This document shows, one piece after another, positions 42,984 through 52,142 of a stretch of DNA of 64,000 nt (position 1 is its first letter; the number at the start of each line of letters is the position of its first letter). The stretch comes from Porphyridium purpureum (taxonomy: Eukaryota). Where the stretch lies: contig VRMN01000010.1 in the NCBI GenBank assembly GCA_008690995.1, positions 62,001 through 126,000 on the forward strand, in the 5' to 3' direction. The notes below the pieces were generated by a model, which made no database searches, was not told the DNA's origin, and worked only from the letters and a program-made list of their open reading frames with translations. A program made the position numbers and the translations under genes.

Positions 42984-44943
42984 GCGGTTGCGCAAAGCAG
43001 GATTTGGGCAGAGTCATTCGCCACCATTCGCGCGTGGCGAAGGTAGATGAAGCAGCCGCCAGTGTCCGGAGGGCCAGTTGATACGGAACGCCGCCCTTTT
43101 TGGTTTGCGTGGGGGTCCCTGCAGCACGTCTTGACGCCTTCTCGACGTTTCTCCTTGAAGCGCGCGCGCACACACTTTTGTCCTTTACGCGAATCGATCC
43201 GAGTGCACACGCAGCGTTGTGCGCTCAGCCTTTTCGACTCTGGCATATAACCAGCCGTTGGATGAGCGCAGGCGGGCCCGAAGCGCACTTGATGGCTTTG
43301 CTCTGTCCAGCACGCTTTCACACCGCGTGCCGTTCCACACACACACACGGAGCGCGACCAAAGCGACGAATGCGGACGTCTCTTTTACACATGGTGCCTT
43401 TCTGCGGCGCGTTATCCTTCACACGGATGTGGCATGCGGCCGTGTACGGACCGAGTACTTTGGAGGATTTTCGCGTCTGTGTCCGGGTGCGTGCGCGTTC
43501 GATGGTGGCCATGCACTTTAGCGTCTCATTCTGTGTGCTCGCGCGTCGCGACGCCGCGTTTGTGGCTGTGGCGCAGGCTCGCGCGGCCTCGCCACACTGC
43601 GCGGCAAACTGTCAACCGCTCACCTCCAATCACACCTTCCGTATACGCACCAAAATTCAAACTGTATACACACACACACACTCTCTTTCTCTCTCTCTTT
43701 CTCTCCCGCTGACGGCGACACGCACCCGCGGTGGCCATTCCTCCACGACTCTCTCTCCACCCGCGTTTACAGTCGACGCGCCAGCGACGCGACTTGCGCG
43801 TGTCCCGCGATCGCGTGACGCGTGCGCACCGCCTTGTCCCCGCCCCGGCCATTGTTTGACGTGTACACACACACACACACACACACACACCTTGCCAGTG
43901 CTACTACCAACGCACCCGCGCGCACCCAACTTACTCGGTTTGTATTCTTTTTGTGTGGCTACAAACCGGTCGCACGCGTAACTTACACACACACGTACAC
44001 CGCAACCCGCTCACCCGCCCGCTCACCCTCACGCCGCAATTGGTGGAAACAGCACACCACGTGACGCGTTTGCATCATCGTCATTATTATGATGGTCATC
44101 GCCATCATCGGCAGTGTCAATGGCGCCATTGTTACTGGTGCAATTGGTATTTATTTCGGGATTTGTTGTGTGCGATCGATCGAGCGGTTGGAGGGGAGCA
44201 CTGCATATCGCACGCACGCTCGCACAGAGGAGCAGGCACGATCGTGCACGCTCAGAGCGGTACACTTGCGCGACCATGCTGAACGCCGGCTGGGGTACGG
44301 TGGTGTGGCGGTGAACTGTACCCTGGTGGTGGAGGGGTGCGTGATCGAGCACGTTCGCGGGCAGGGAACGCGTGCGCGCCAGTTGCGGGGGAGGTGGGAC
44401 AAAGAGAGAGAGGGAGAGAGGGAGACAGAGTGAGGAAGGGACAGAGGGATTGCGTGTCGAGTGGGGGAAGGGTATATGGCTTGCTGGACGCGCGTGCGGA
44501 GCTGGGGTAATAATTGGTCACTAGCGCGCGCTGCGGCGGGGCGGCGGGGCGCGGAAGTGGAAGGGTGCACGGACTGAAAGTGTCTTTGTCGGCGCCGACT
44601 GGAGTGGGCACCGGCACGGCCAGCGCGGGTTGCGGGAGGAGAGCGCAGGAGGGCTGGGCGTGCGTGAGTAGCCAGAAGCTGGGGACGAGGCGCCTGCGGT
44701 GAATGTCCCGCGTGCGTGCGTCGAGCGCGCGCAACGTTCGCCCGTCGCGTGAAAGGCGGCGGGGCGGCTTCCAGCCGTAATCACGCGCCATCGGGACGTG
44801 GCGCGTGCGCGTGGGCGAGAAGTTTGAGGGGGCGTGCGAGCATACGCGCGCCTGTTGCCAGCTGAAACCGGCCGAAGCCACTGCGTTCTTGAGCAAAGTG
44901 CGGTGTCCGTGCGCACGATTCGCGGCGAAGAGGGGACCAACCC

Positions 44944-45591
44944 ATGGCGCAGTCGTTGCTCGCGCGGTATCGATACTACATCGCGCGTGCATCGACGGCC
45001 GTCGATGCTGTCGCGGTCGCAGCAGGCCAGGATCCGTCAGTCATCGCGTCAAAGCTGGCTCAGAATGACTCCGAGACGGCGAAAAAGATCTCCGCCGAGT
45101 GGCAGAAACCGCTCCTGTACAAACTCGCCATGACAGGCAACAGCATGGCTCCACTGCTGAATGAGAACGCGCGCGAGGACGAGGCGCGTGACGTTTTATT
45201 TATTCGCCGGCTCCCGCGCCCTACAGAGCAGTCGGTCTTTGTGCGTGACGTGGTGGTCATGCGTGACCCCAGCGACGCGAGGCGAAAGTATGTGCGTCGC
45301 ATTGTGGCCGCAGCGGGCGACGAAATGATCAGCGATCGCGAGCCAGAAAAGTTCCCCCCGTTCTTCATACCTGATAATCACTGCTGGGTGCAGTGCGACA
45401 ACCCGGCAGCGCCCACGCGGGACAGCCGCTCGTTTGGCGCGATTCGATTCGACCACATCATTGGGCGCGCAATCTACGCCGTCAAGAACGCCACGGAACA
45501 CTATCGCATCAAAAACTCGGACCGCGCGACGGCAGAGGACGACATCATCCTGTCGTACGAAAAGCCGGCGTTGCTGCTCCAGGTGACGTGA
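44944..45591 (+). CDS. Peptidase S26 (IMP1-like) protein
   Basis: GNSMAP, DVVVMRDP, YVRRI, HCWV, DSRSFGAI..IIGRAIY. Confidence 0.85.
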   Translation: MAQSLLARYRYYIARASTAVDAVAVAAGQDPSVIASKLAQNDSETAKKISAEWQKPLLYKLAMTGNSMAPLLNENAREDEARDVLFIRRLPRPTEQSVFVRDVVVMRDPSDARRKYVRRIVAAAGDEMISDREPEKFPPFFIPDNHCWVQCDNPAAPTRDSRSFGAIRFDHIIGRAIYAVKNATEHYRIKNSDRATAEDDIILSYEKPALLLQVT

Positions 45592-46285
45592 TGCGCGTGT
45601 GCGGTAACATACACATGCCGTTCACGCAAACCATCCGCTCAGGAAACGCAGCCCTCTTCGTCAACACGAAGGCGCGGTCCGTGCCCGTTTGTCGCTCGTA
45701 GCGACCGCACGCGCTCCGCGGCGCTCCAGAGCGTCTTTAATTATCGTTCAAAGTGTAAACTCGTCTGCGTTGTGACCGCACGATTCCAGTCTCACACAGA
45801 GCCGCGTCATGGCGACCGTCACGACGCATCTCCAGCGTGCCATCCTCGCGTCACACCGTGCCACCGCGCGCTTGCAGCGTACCGCGACGTCTCGGTCACA
45901 CGCGCAACTGAGGTCGTCACGCGGTTTACAGTCGGATGCAGCGGCGGCACGGAAAAATCACGAAAGCAGCGCGTTCTGATAGTGTACAGTAAATGCTCGA
46001 CCGAAAGTCAAAGCTCGCACAACACGCATGGCGCGCTGCGCGCTGAAGCCCGGGCCGCGGAACAGAAGAGACAGAGCCTGCGTAGCGTCCAGACGAGCGC
46101 GCTGGCCGTGGTGGCCGCGCGTTTCCCGCCGCTCAGTCTCCGCGTGGTGCGCCACGACGATCGCGTGCGATTGGGTCGGCGAAACGCAACGAAGCGCTCG
46201 CGCGGGGTGCGCGCGCACTCGGCGCGTAGACGATCGGAAGTGACGAGAAACGAGAGACGCGTGGTTTGGTGTGCGCGTCGTCGCC

Positions 46286-47386
46286 ATGATCGCATTGCAT
46301 GTGGTCTCCATTATGACAGTGGTCGCGGCGCTGCTGCTGGCGTTGTTGTGGGCAAGCAGGGACAAGGTTTTCGAGACACCGCTCTCCGCGAGACTGAACC
46401 GTGGTGATGCGAGCGCGGCATCAACGCCGGCAGCAGCGTCGTCGAGCTCGGATGCACGACACAACTCCCACCAGCGCGCGGCGCCCGCCATGCCGACACA
46501 TGACTCGGTGAGCGTCCTGCTGCAGAATATGGACCGGCTGTTCAATGAATATTTGGTCGACAATAGCTCGACGCTGAACGACGCCGAGTTTCTCGCACAG
46601 CTTCCACTGGCGCCGGACGCTTCCGTCATCCTCTTTGGCGAAAGGGGCGTGGGCGTTGAGGCCGTGAAGGCATTTAAACGGTCAGTGCATACGCGTGTCG
46701 CAGCCCCTGACGCACACGTCACACGCATTCTCACGCGCGTCTCCCAGCTCACCGTATCAGGTATGCACTATACAGCCTCTCACCTGGCGCTATGGTTCTC
46801 GTCCACGGGCACGCACGAATGGGTGCCCGCGGTTGGCGTGGGTTCCCTGCGTGCAGATGGCAAGGACGGTTTTGTCCTTGCGTCGTACTCGTACTTGGTG
46901 GATGTTAACGACCAGCGTGCCTTGTTCGACTCGATGAACGGCTACTTGCACGCCGAACAAGTCGTCCAGCAAATTATGCAGGCTTTTGAGAGACGCGACA
47001 CTGTCGCCCTTTCAAGGCACTATTCGGACGATGTGACGTACCACTTGGTGAGCGTAACCAAAAGGGAAGGAAAGGACGACGCCATTCAGTTTTACAAGAA
47101 TGTGACCAATGAGTTTGCAATCGATAGTGCGCACGTATGGTCCGTGGTCACTGCTCGCGACCACCCGAGTCGCGTCAAGAAGGTCGAAGACCGCACGTGG
47201 ATGATAGAATTTGACTCGTTCGAGCTGATGGGGCGCCACCACGGCTGCTTCACAGTAACTGACGGCGTTCTGCTGCTCGAACTGAACGCAGCAAACAAGA
47301 TACGGCGGGTTGACTTTTACGTTGATCTGAATGAGCTGAGTATAGGCATGGCCAAGTGCCGCTTCCTGGCTCATACCTTCGCGTGA
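46286..47386 (+). CDS. Membrane-anchored/secreted protein with SnoaL/NTF2-like domain(s)
   Basis: N-terminal hydrophobic helix; VVQQIMQAFERRD..LSRHYSDDVTY..EGKDDAIQFY..KIRRVDFYVD. Confidence 0.65.
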   Translation: MIALHVVSIMTVVAALLLALLWASRDKVFETPLSARLNRGDASAASTPAAASSSSDARHNSHQRAAPAMPTHDSVSVLLQNMDRLFNEYLVDNSSTLNDAEFLAQLPLAPDASVILFGERGVGVEAVKAFKRSVHTRVAAPDAHVTRILTRVSQLTVSGMHYTASHLALWFSSTGTHEWVPAVGVGSLRADGKDGFVLASYSYLVDVNDQRALFDSMNGYLHAEQVVQQIMQAFERRDTVALSRHYSDDVTYHLVSVTKREGKDDAIQFYKNVTNEFAIDSAHVWSVVTARDHPSRVKKVEDRTWMIEFDSFELMGRHHGCFTVTDGVLLLELNAANKIRRVDFYVDLNELSIGMAKCRFLAHTFA

Positions 47387-47767
47387 GGCACGCGTCAACA
47401 TCAACCTAGCCGCTGGACGCCAGTGATCGACCTACTTTTCAGAGCATTTTGCGAGAAAGCGGAATAAAGTCAGACGAACCGCCGCTTGTCATTTTCGGAC
47501 AGGAAGCCCGCAAGCGCACGGCGGATCAAGGAACGTCCAACCTCGCAGTGGTCGTCTATTGCCAGACCCGGCACGCACAAGCCGAGGCGCGCAGCTGCTG
47601 CTGAAGCTCAAGCTCAAACCTTAGAGAAATGATGAAAACGAGGGCTTTTTATTAGACAGCACTTGGCGCAAGAGTTTTCAGGACAGAACGGGCGTTGGAG
47701 GTGGTGCCAAGGTCGTCTCGGCGAAGAGGTGGGAGTGTTGGATTGGCGGCGGGAACGGTTGCTCATC

Positions 47768-48868
47768 ATGCGCGCGACGGGGCGCGCGTTGGCGCTGATG
47801 CTGCAGAGCGGCATGTCCGAGGTGGGATCGCGCGGCTCCGGCGGGCGCGCGTCGGTGTCGGGCGTGACTGCCACGGTGTTTGGTGCCACTGGGTTTGTCG
47901 GGCGGTACGTCGTGAACGAGCTAGGGCGGCATGGCACACAGGTCGTGGTGCCGTGGCGCGGCGATGGCCTCAACCACAGGCACCTCAAGCTGATGGGCGA
48001 CTTGGGGCAGATTGTGCCCGTGGAGTTCCATATCCGCGACGAAGAGTCGGTCCGTCGTGCCATGCAGCACAGTGACGTCGTCATCAATCTCATGGGTAAG
48101 CACTATGAGACGCGCAACTTTTCGTACACCGACGTGCACGTCACGGGCTCGGACACGATCGCGCGTATCGCGAAGCAGTGCGGCGTGCACCAGTTTGTGC
48201 AAATGTCATGCGCGAACGCCTCGCCCGTGTCGCCCTCCGCCTGGAACGTCAGTAAGTATGCCGCGGAGCAGGCCGTGCGCGCGCATTACCCGGACGCTGT
48301 CATCGTGCGCGCCACAGACATTTTCGGCTACGAAGACCGCCTGCTCAATCGCATTTGCCAGCTGCTGCAAAAAACCAGGCGATACCCGATCATCGATTAT
48401 GGCGAGTACATGTTGCAGCCTGTGTACATGCAGGACATCGCTGTGGTAATGGGTGGTATTGTGCGCGACCCAGAAGGGTTTGCGGGCCAGACACTCGTGC
48501 TGGCGGGACCTGCGCCGATCTCCATGGCAGACTTGGTCGAGTTCTGCATCACCGAGACCAAGATGCTGGGCGGTCCTGTGCACTTGCCGCGCCAAGTGGC
48601 ACCCTTTCTGGGCAAACTGCTTGGTCTCCGGTTACCTTTGTTCAATCCGAACCCCATTGTCCCGCATGATGCGTTCGTGCTCGAATGCACAAATAACATT
48701 CTGAGAGAGGAGCCAGGCATTCTCACCTTTGAAGACCTCGACTATGTGCCGCACGGCGTGACGAGTGAGCAAGGTGCCGACGTTGTGCGCATGTACCGAC
48801 GTGGTGGCGATCGCTCTTCGCTGTTCTACGTTGCCCCTGAGAGCCAAAAGTTTTCTTCGCCCAACTAG
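47768..48868 (+). CDS. NDUFA9: NADH dehydrogenase 1 alpha subcomplex subunit 9 (39 kDa)
   Basis: GGRASVSGVTATVFGATGFVGRYVV, HLKLMGDLGQIV, SDVVINL..YETRNF. Confidence 0.95.
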   Translation: MRATGRALALMLQSGMSEVGSRGSGGRASVSGVTATVFGATGFVGRYVVNELGRHGTQVVVPWRGDGLNHRHLKLMGDLGQIVPVEFHIRDEESVRRAMQHSDVVINLMGKHYETRNFSYTDVHVTGSDTIARIAKQCGVHQFVQMSCANASPVSPSAWNVSKYAAEQAVRAHYPDAVIVRATDIFGYEDRLLNRICQLLQKTRRYPIIDYGEYMLQPVYMQDIAVVMGGIVRDPEGFAGQTLVLAGPAPISMADLVEFCITETKMLGGPVHLPRQVAPFLGKLLGLRLPLFNPNPIVPHDAFVLECTNNILREEPGILTFEDLDYVPHGVTSEQGADVVRMYRRGGDRSSLFYVAPESQKFSSPN

Positions 48869-49062
48869 TGAGATCTGAATCATGGCAGCAGCGCTGAGGG
48901 AGAATGCGCGCCATCGAACGGCAGCGTACGGTCAATTTCTATTCGCTCTTTCTTTGTCTTCTTCTTTTAAGTATATGCCTTATCTATTCGCTTTCTCAGG
49001 GGGTCCATGATCTGCGCAAGTTTGTGGACAAGCGTGCTTTTTCTTACAGCTGAAGCTTCCTC

Positions 49063-50127
49063 TCATCCCACCATCCGCTCAGTCAGGTACGCGGTACTGG
49101 TCCAGTCAAGCTCAGCGTTGTAGAACCGGATCAGCCGTCTTCGATAACCGGGTCGCACGAGAAAGAACAGCTCGATTGCTGCGCGCGTGCCTCGGAACAT
49201 CTGCAGAGGCTGCGAAACCAGGATACCGCCGCTCAGCGCTACCATGTGCGATGCGGTGGAAGGGAACATCAGCACATTCTCGTCCTCGCGTCCGCGCACG
49301 GTCGTACTGGCTGCACGCGACTCTTCCCGATCTCCATTTTGCGCACCAACCTGCAGCGAGGATGTGAGCTCCACCTCGCCAAACCGTTCTAACCGCAGTT
49401 CCCAGACGGACTGAATACGCAAAAGTCGCCCAGAGCGCTCGTCCGCCATCACGCCCGAGCCCTCCCAGCGCCCGAAGGTGAACTTGATCAGCGCTATCGG
49501 TGAACGCCACGCAGCGGGCGAGATGCTTCCCGCTGGTGCCACATTCATGCGAGTTCGTTCGCGGCATATTGTGATCCCAACCAGACGGCGTTCATAGTCG
49601 AAAGCATGAATCACGCGCACGCGCATGCCCATCTCGCCCTGCAAAATGCCATGCTGAAGAAGAAACTGCTCGCCCGCCGTGCTTCCAGCTTCCGCGGGAC
49701 CCAGCGAGAACGAGCCATCCTCAAACACGACACCCAGATCCTCAACATCTGCCGAGCTCCAGGTCTCTGACTTGTTGGCTCCAACACGATCAACTCGTGC
49801 TGCAGCGGCACCACTGGATTTGCGATTTGTCGGCAAGCGCACTGTTGCGACTGCAGGGCTACTTGTCGTGTCTTCCTGCACCCACGTCGTCCATACCAAC
49901 TGCGAGCGCGAACTGCCTCCTGCTGAAGTTGACTCGGGCACGACTTGGACAAACGTGCCCACTTCAACAAGTACGCGCCCAGATGCCGCGCACACGGAAC
50001 GGATACCGTGCCATTCACCCGTGTGTTTCTGCAAGTGCTGCCACATCTGCCGCGCGTCGAGCCCGGCGTTGTTTGGCTCAGGTGGCATCGCGGGCGACGC
50101 GCCGTCGGCGCTTGTTCCGTCTTCCAT
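49063..50127 (-). CDS. DUF3598-like two-beta-barrel protein
   Basis: WQHLQKHTGEWHG, FEDGSFSLGP, RVRVIHAFD..ITICRE, second barrel GRWEGSG, RRRLIRFY..YLTE. Confidence 0.7.
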   Translation of the reverse strand: MEDGTSADGASPAMPPEPNNAGLDARQMWQHLQKHTGEWHGIRSVCAASGRVLVEVGTFVQVVPESTSAGGSSRSQLVWTTWVQEDTTSSPAVATVRLPTNRKSSGAAAARVDRVGANKSETWSSADVEDLGVVFEDGSFSLGPAEAGSTAGEQFLLQHGILQGEMGMRVRVIHAFDYERRLVGITICRERTRMNVAPAGSISPAAWRSPIALIKFTFGRWEGSGVMADERSGRLLRIQSVWELRLERFGEVELTSSLQVGAQNGDREESRAASTTVRGREDENVLMFPSTASHMVALSGGILVSQPLQMFRGTRAAIELFFLVRPGYRRRLIRFYNAELDWTSTAYLTERMVG

Positions 50128-50204
50128 TCTGCTCTACATGTGAGGGCTTCTTGTCTGCTTCACCCGTAAGAGTTTGGAAGCCAAGCAAAGGAAACGGCGC
50201 GAGC

Positions 50205-50771
50205 ATGCCGGCCGGCATGCGCGAACGCGGCCCGCGCGTAGACACAGCTCACTCGGCGCAGGAGCAAGCGCACGACACGACACGGCAACAGGAGCAGCAG
50301 CAGCCGCACCAACGTCGCGAGGAGTGGGAGGCGTTTTTCAGAAACAAGAGCAACGATGATGTGGTTTTGCGCGATGAGCAGCTGGTGGTGTTCTGGGACC
50401 GCGCACCAGGAGCCCACGTGCACTTGCTAGTGGTGCCACGGCATGAATTCATCCGTGGTGTCGAGAAGCTGCGTGCGGTGCACGAGCCGCTTCTGCGGCA
50501 TATGATCGAGGTCGGGCGCGATTGCGTCCTGGCACAGCATGCCAAGCTCGCGCAAGCGGACGGCTCGCACGAAGGAGTCGCGTCGGCGACTGCAGACGTC
50601 GTTTTGGGCTTTCACGCGCCGGTCACGCGCTCCGTGCCGTACCTACACATGCACGCTATGATGCCACCGTTCAACTCAACGTGGGGCAAGTTCAAGTACC
50701 GGCCACTTCGCGCGCTGCCGTTTCTGGGCTTTATCGACGCAGAGCGCGTCATCAAGCGCCTGCGGAAATGA
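50205..50771 (+). CDS. HIT-family protein (HINT3/HINT4-like)
   Basis: VFWDRAPGAHVHLLVVPRH, LGFHAP..SVPYLHMHAM; start uncertain. Confidence 0.82.
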   Translation: MPAGMRERGPRVDTAHSAQEQAHDTTRQQEQQQPHQRREEWEAFFRNKSNDDVVLRDEQLVVFWDRAPGAHVHLLVVPRHEFIRGVEKLRAVHEPLLRHMIEVGRDCVLAQHAKLAQADGSHEGVASATADVVLGFHAPVTRSVPYLHMHAMMPPFNSTWGKFKYRPLRALPFLGFIDAERVIKRLRK

Positions 50772-51153
50772 GCGAGGCTTTCACCCCGCGAGACGGAGGC
50801 AGCCGCCAAGATGACGACAAACGCTGCGGCCTTGAGATCGTCGACTATACTACCACACTGGCAATCAACCACACCCACACCCACAGTCATGTAAGTGTCC
50901 GCATATTTTATCCGTACAGAACTATCAGATGGTTTCTAGGATCAACGCAATCAACCACATCACACACGCGCGAGGCGCCATTCTGACTGTAGCCCGCAAG
51001 AGCATTTGGCAACCTCACTCGACTCGCTGCGTAAGCTCAAACGACTCTTCTCTTCCATGAAGCCCCCCTCGCTCACCTGCTTGGTGTACGCGAATGCCCA
51101 TCTCCCAGTGGCTTAGATAACGGGCCCAGACCGACAGCGCGCGGCCCGCGAAC

Positions 51154-51351
51154 CTAGCGAAGTCTGCGGGCCTCTCTTTCGGACTCGAGCAAGCACAGGA
51201 TATCTCCCTCGCGGACGGGGCCCTTGACGTTGCGGATGATGGAGCGGTTTTGGTCGTCCAAGAACTCGACCTTGACCTGCGTCACGCCTCCTCGCGATCC
51301 CGTGCGCCCGATCACCTTGGTGACCTTGGCCAGCTTGACTTCCTGATCCAT
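51154..51351 (-). CDS. RPS28: 40S ribosomal protein S28
   Basis: [45 protein letters not shown]. Confidence 0.97.
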   Translation of the reverse strand: MDQEVKLAKVTKVIGRTGSRGGVTQVKVEFLDDQNRSIIRNVKGPVREGDILCLLESEREARRLR

Positions 51352-51560
51352 ATTTCCTCCGCCTCTCCACACCCGCTCGCTCCCTCCTCCCGCCAACTTT
51401 CCAACCCCCAAACGTCTTCTCCGGCTTCTTCTCCATCACTTGACCCTCGCCTCCGCCACTTTCAGCGCTTCCCGCGTTCTTCATACACAAACACACGCGT
51501 TCTGCTATCAACACGCGATGCGTCCTGCGGCGGCCCAAACGCGGCGGCGGCGGCGGAAAA

Positions 51561-51747
51561 GTACAGTGGGAGTATAGCGCAAGTACAGTGAGAGTACAGC
51601 GCAAGTACAGCGCAAGTATAGCGCAAGTACAGCGCAAGTACAGCGCAAGTACAGCGCAAGTACAGCGCAAGTACAGCGCAAGTACAGCGCAAGTACAGTG
51701 AGAGTACAGCGCAAGTACAGCGCAAGTACAGCGCAAGTACAGCGCAA
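51561..51747 (+). repeat. Tandem array of 17 x 11-bp units (GTACAGCGCAA and variants) upstream of RPS28
   Basis: 187 bp = 17 units; variants GTACAGTGAGA, GTATAGCGCAA, GTACAGTGGGA. Confidence 0.95.
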
Positions 51748-51778
51748 GGAAAGGTGCGGCACGGCGCGATGGTGATGA

Positions 51779-52056
51779 AGTAGAGGAATACGTCCTCCTC
51801 GATGGCCAACGGAGTGGTGCGGCGATCGAGCTCACGCGTACGCGCTGTTCGTGTGCGCGTGAAGGGTGTGGCAGTGCCGCAGTAACCAACAAACACAGCT
51901 TTACTGGTAGTCGACGAGCACGCTCCAAGAAAACACTCCTTACCCGAAAGAGCGGGCTAGTGAGACCGTCCACGCTCTCCGGCCGCTTACAATCGCGGCG
52001 CGCTCCTCTACCCATACTGTACACAGCCACGAGGTGTACACCCAGTGTACACTACA
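51779..52056 (-). repeat. 3' LTR (278 bp)
   Basis: Direct repeat of 57360-57637; minus strand reads TGTAG...CTACT; preceded by a weak purine-rich tract GGCGAAGGAGTG. Confidence 0.95.
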
Positions 52057-52142
52057 CACTCCTTCGCCGCGATGGAAGCTACCACCCGCTCCACACAAGC
52101 CACCCGACGGCGAAGCGAGTCACACGAGACGATGCGTACGCC

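Noticed and set aside
51561..51747. Possible CRISPR array (also 9571-9779)
   Set aside because: Head-to-tail short units with no unique spacers, no cas genes, eukaryotic context
51113..52030. 305-aa minus-strand ORF and overlapping LRCTCAVLALY ORFs
   Set aside because: Artefacts of reading through the LTR and the 11-bp array
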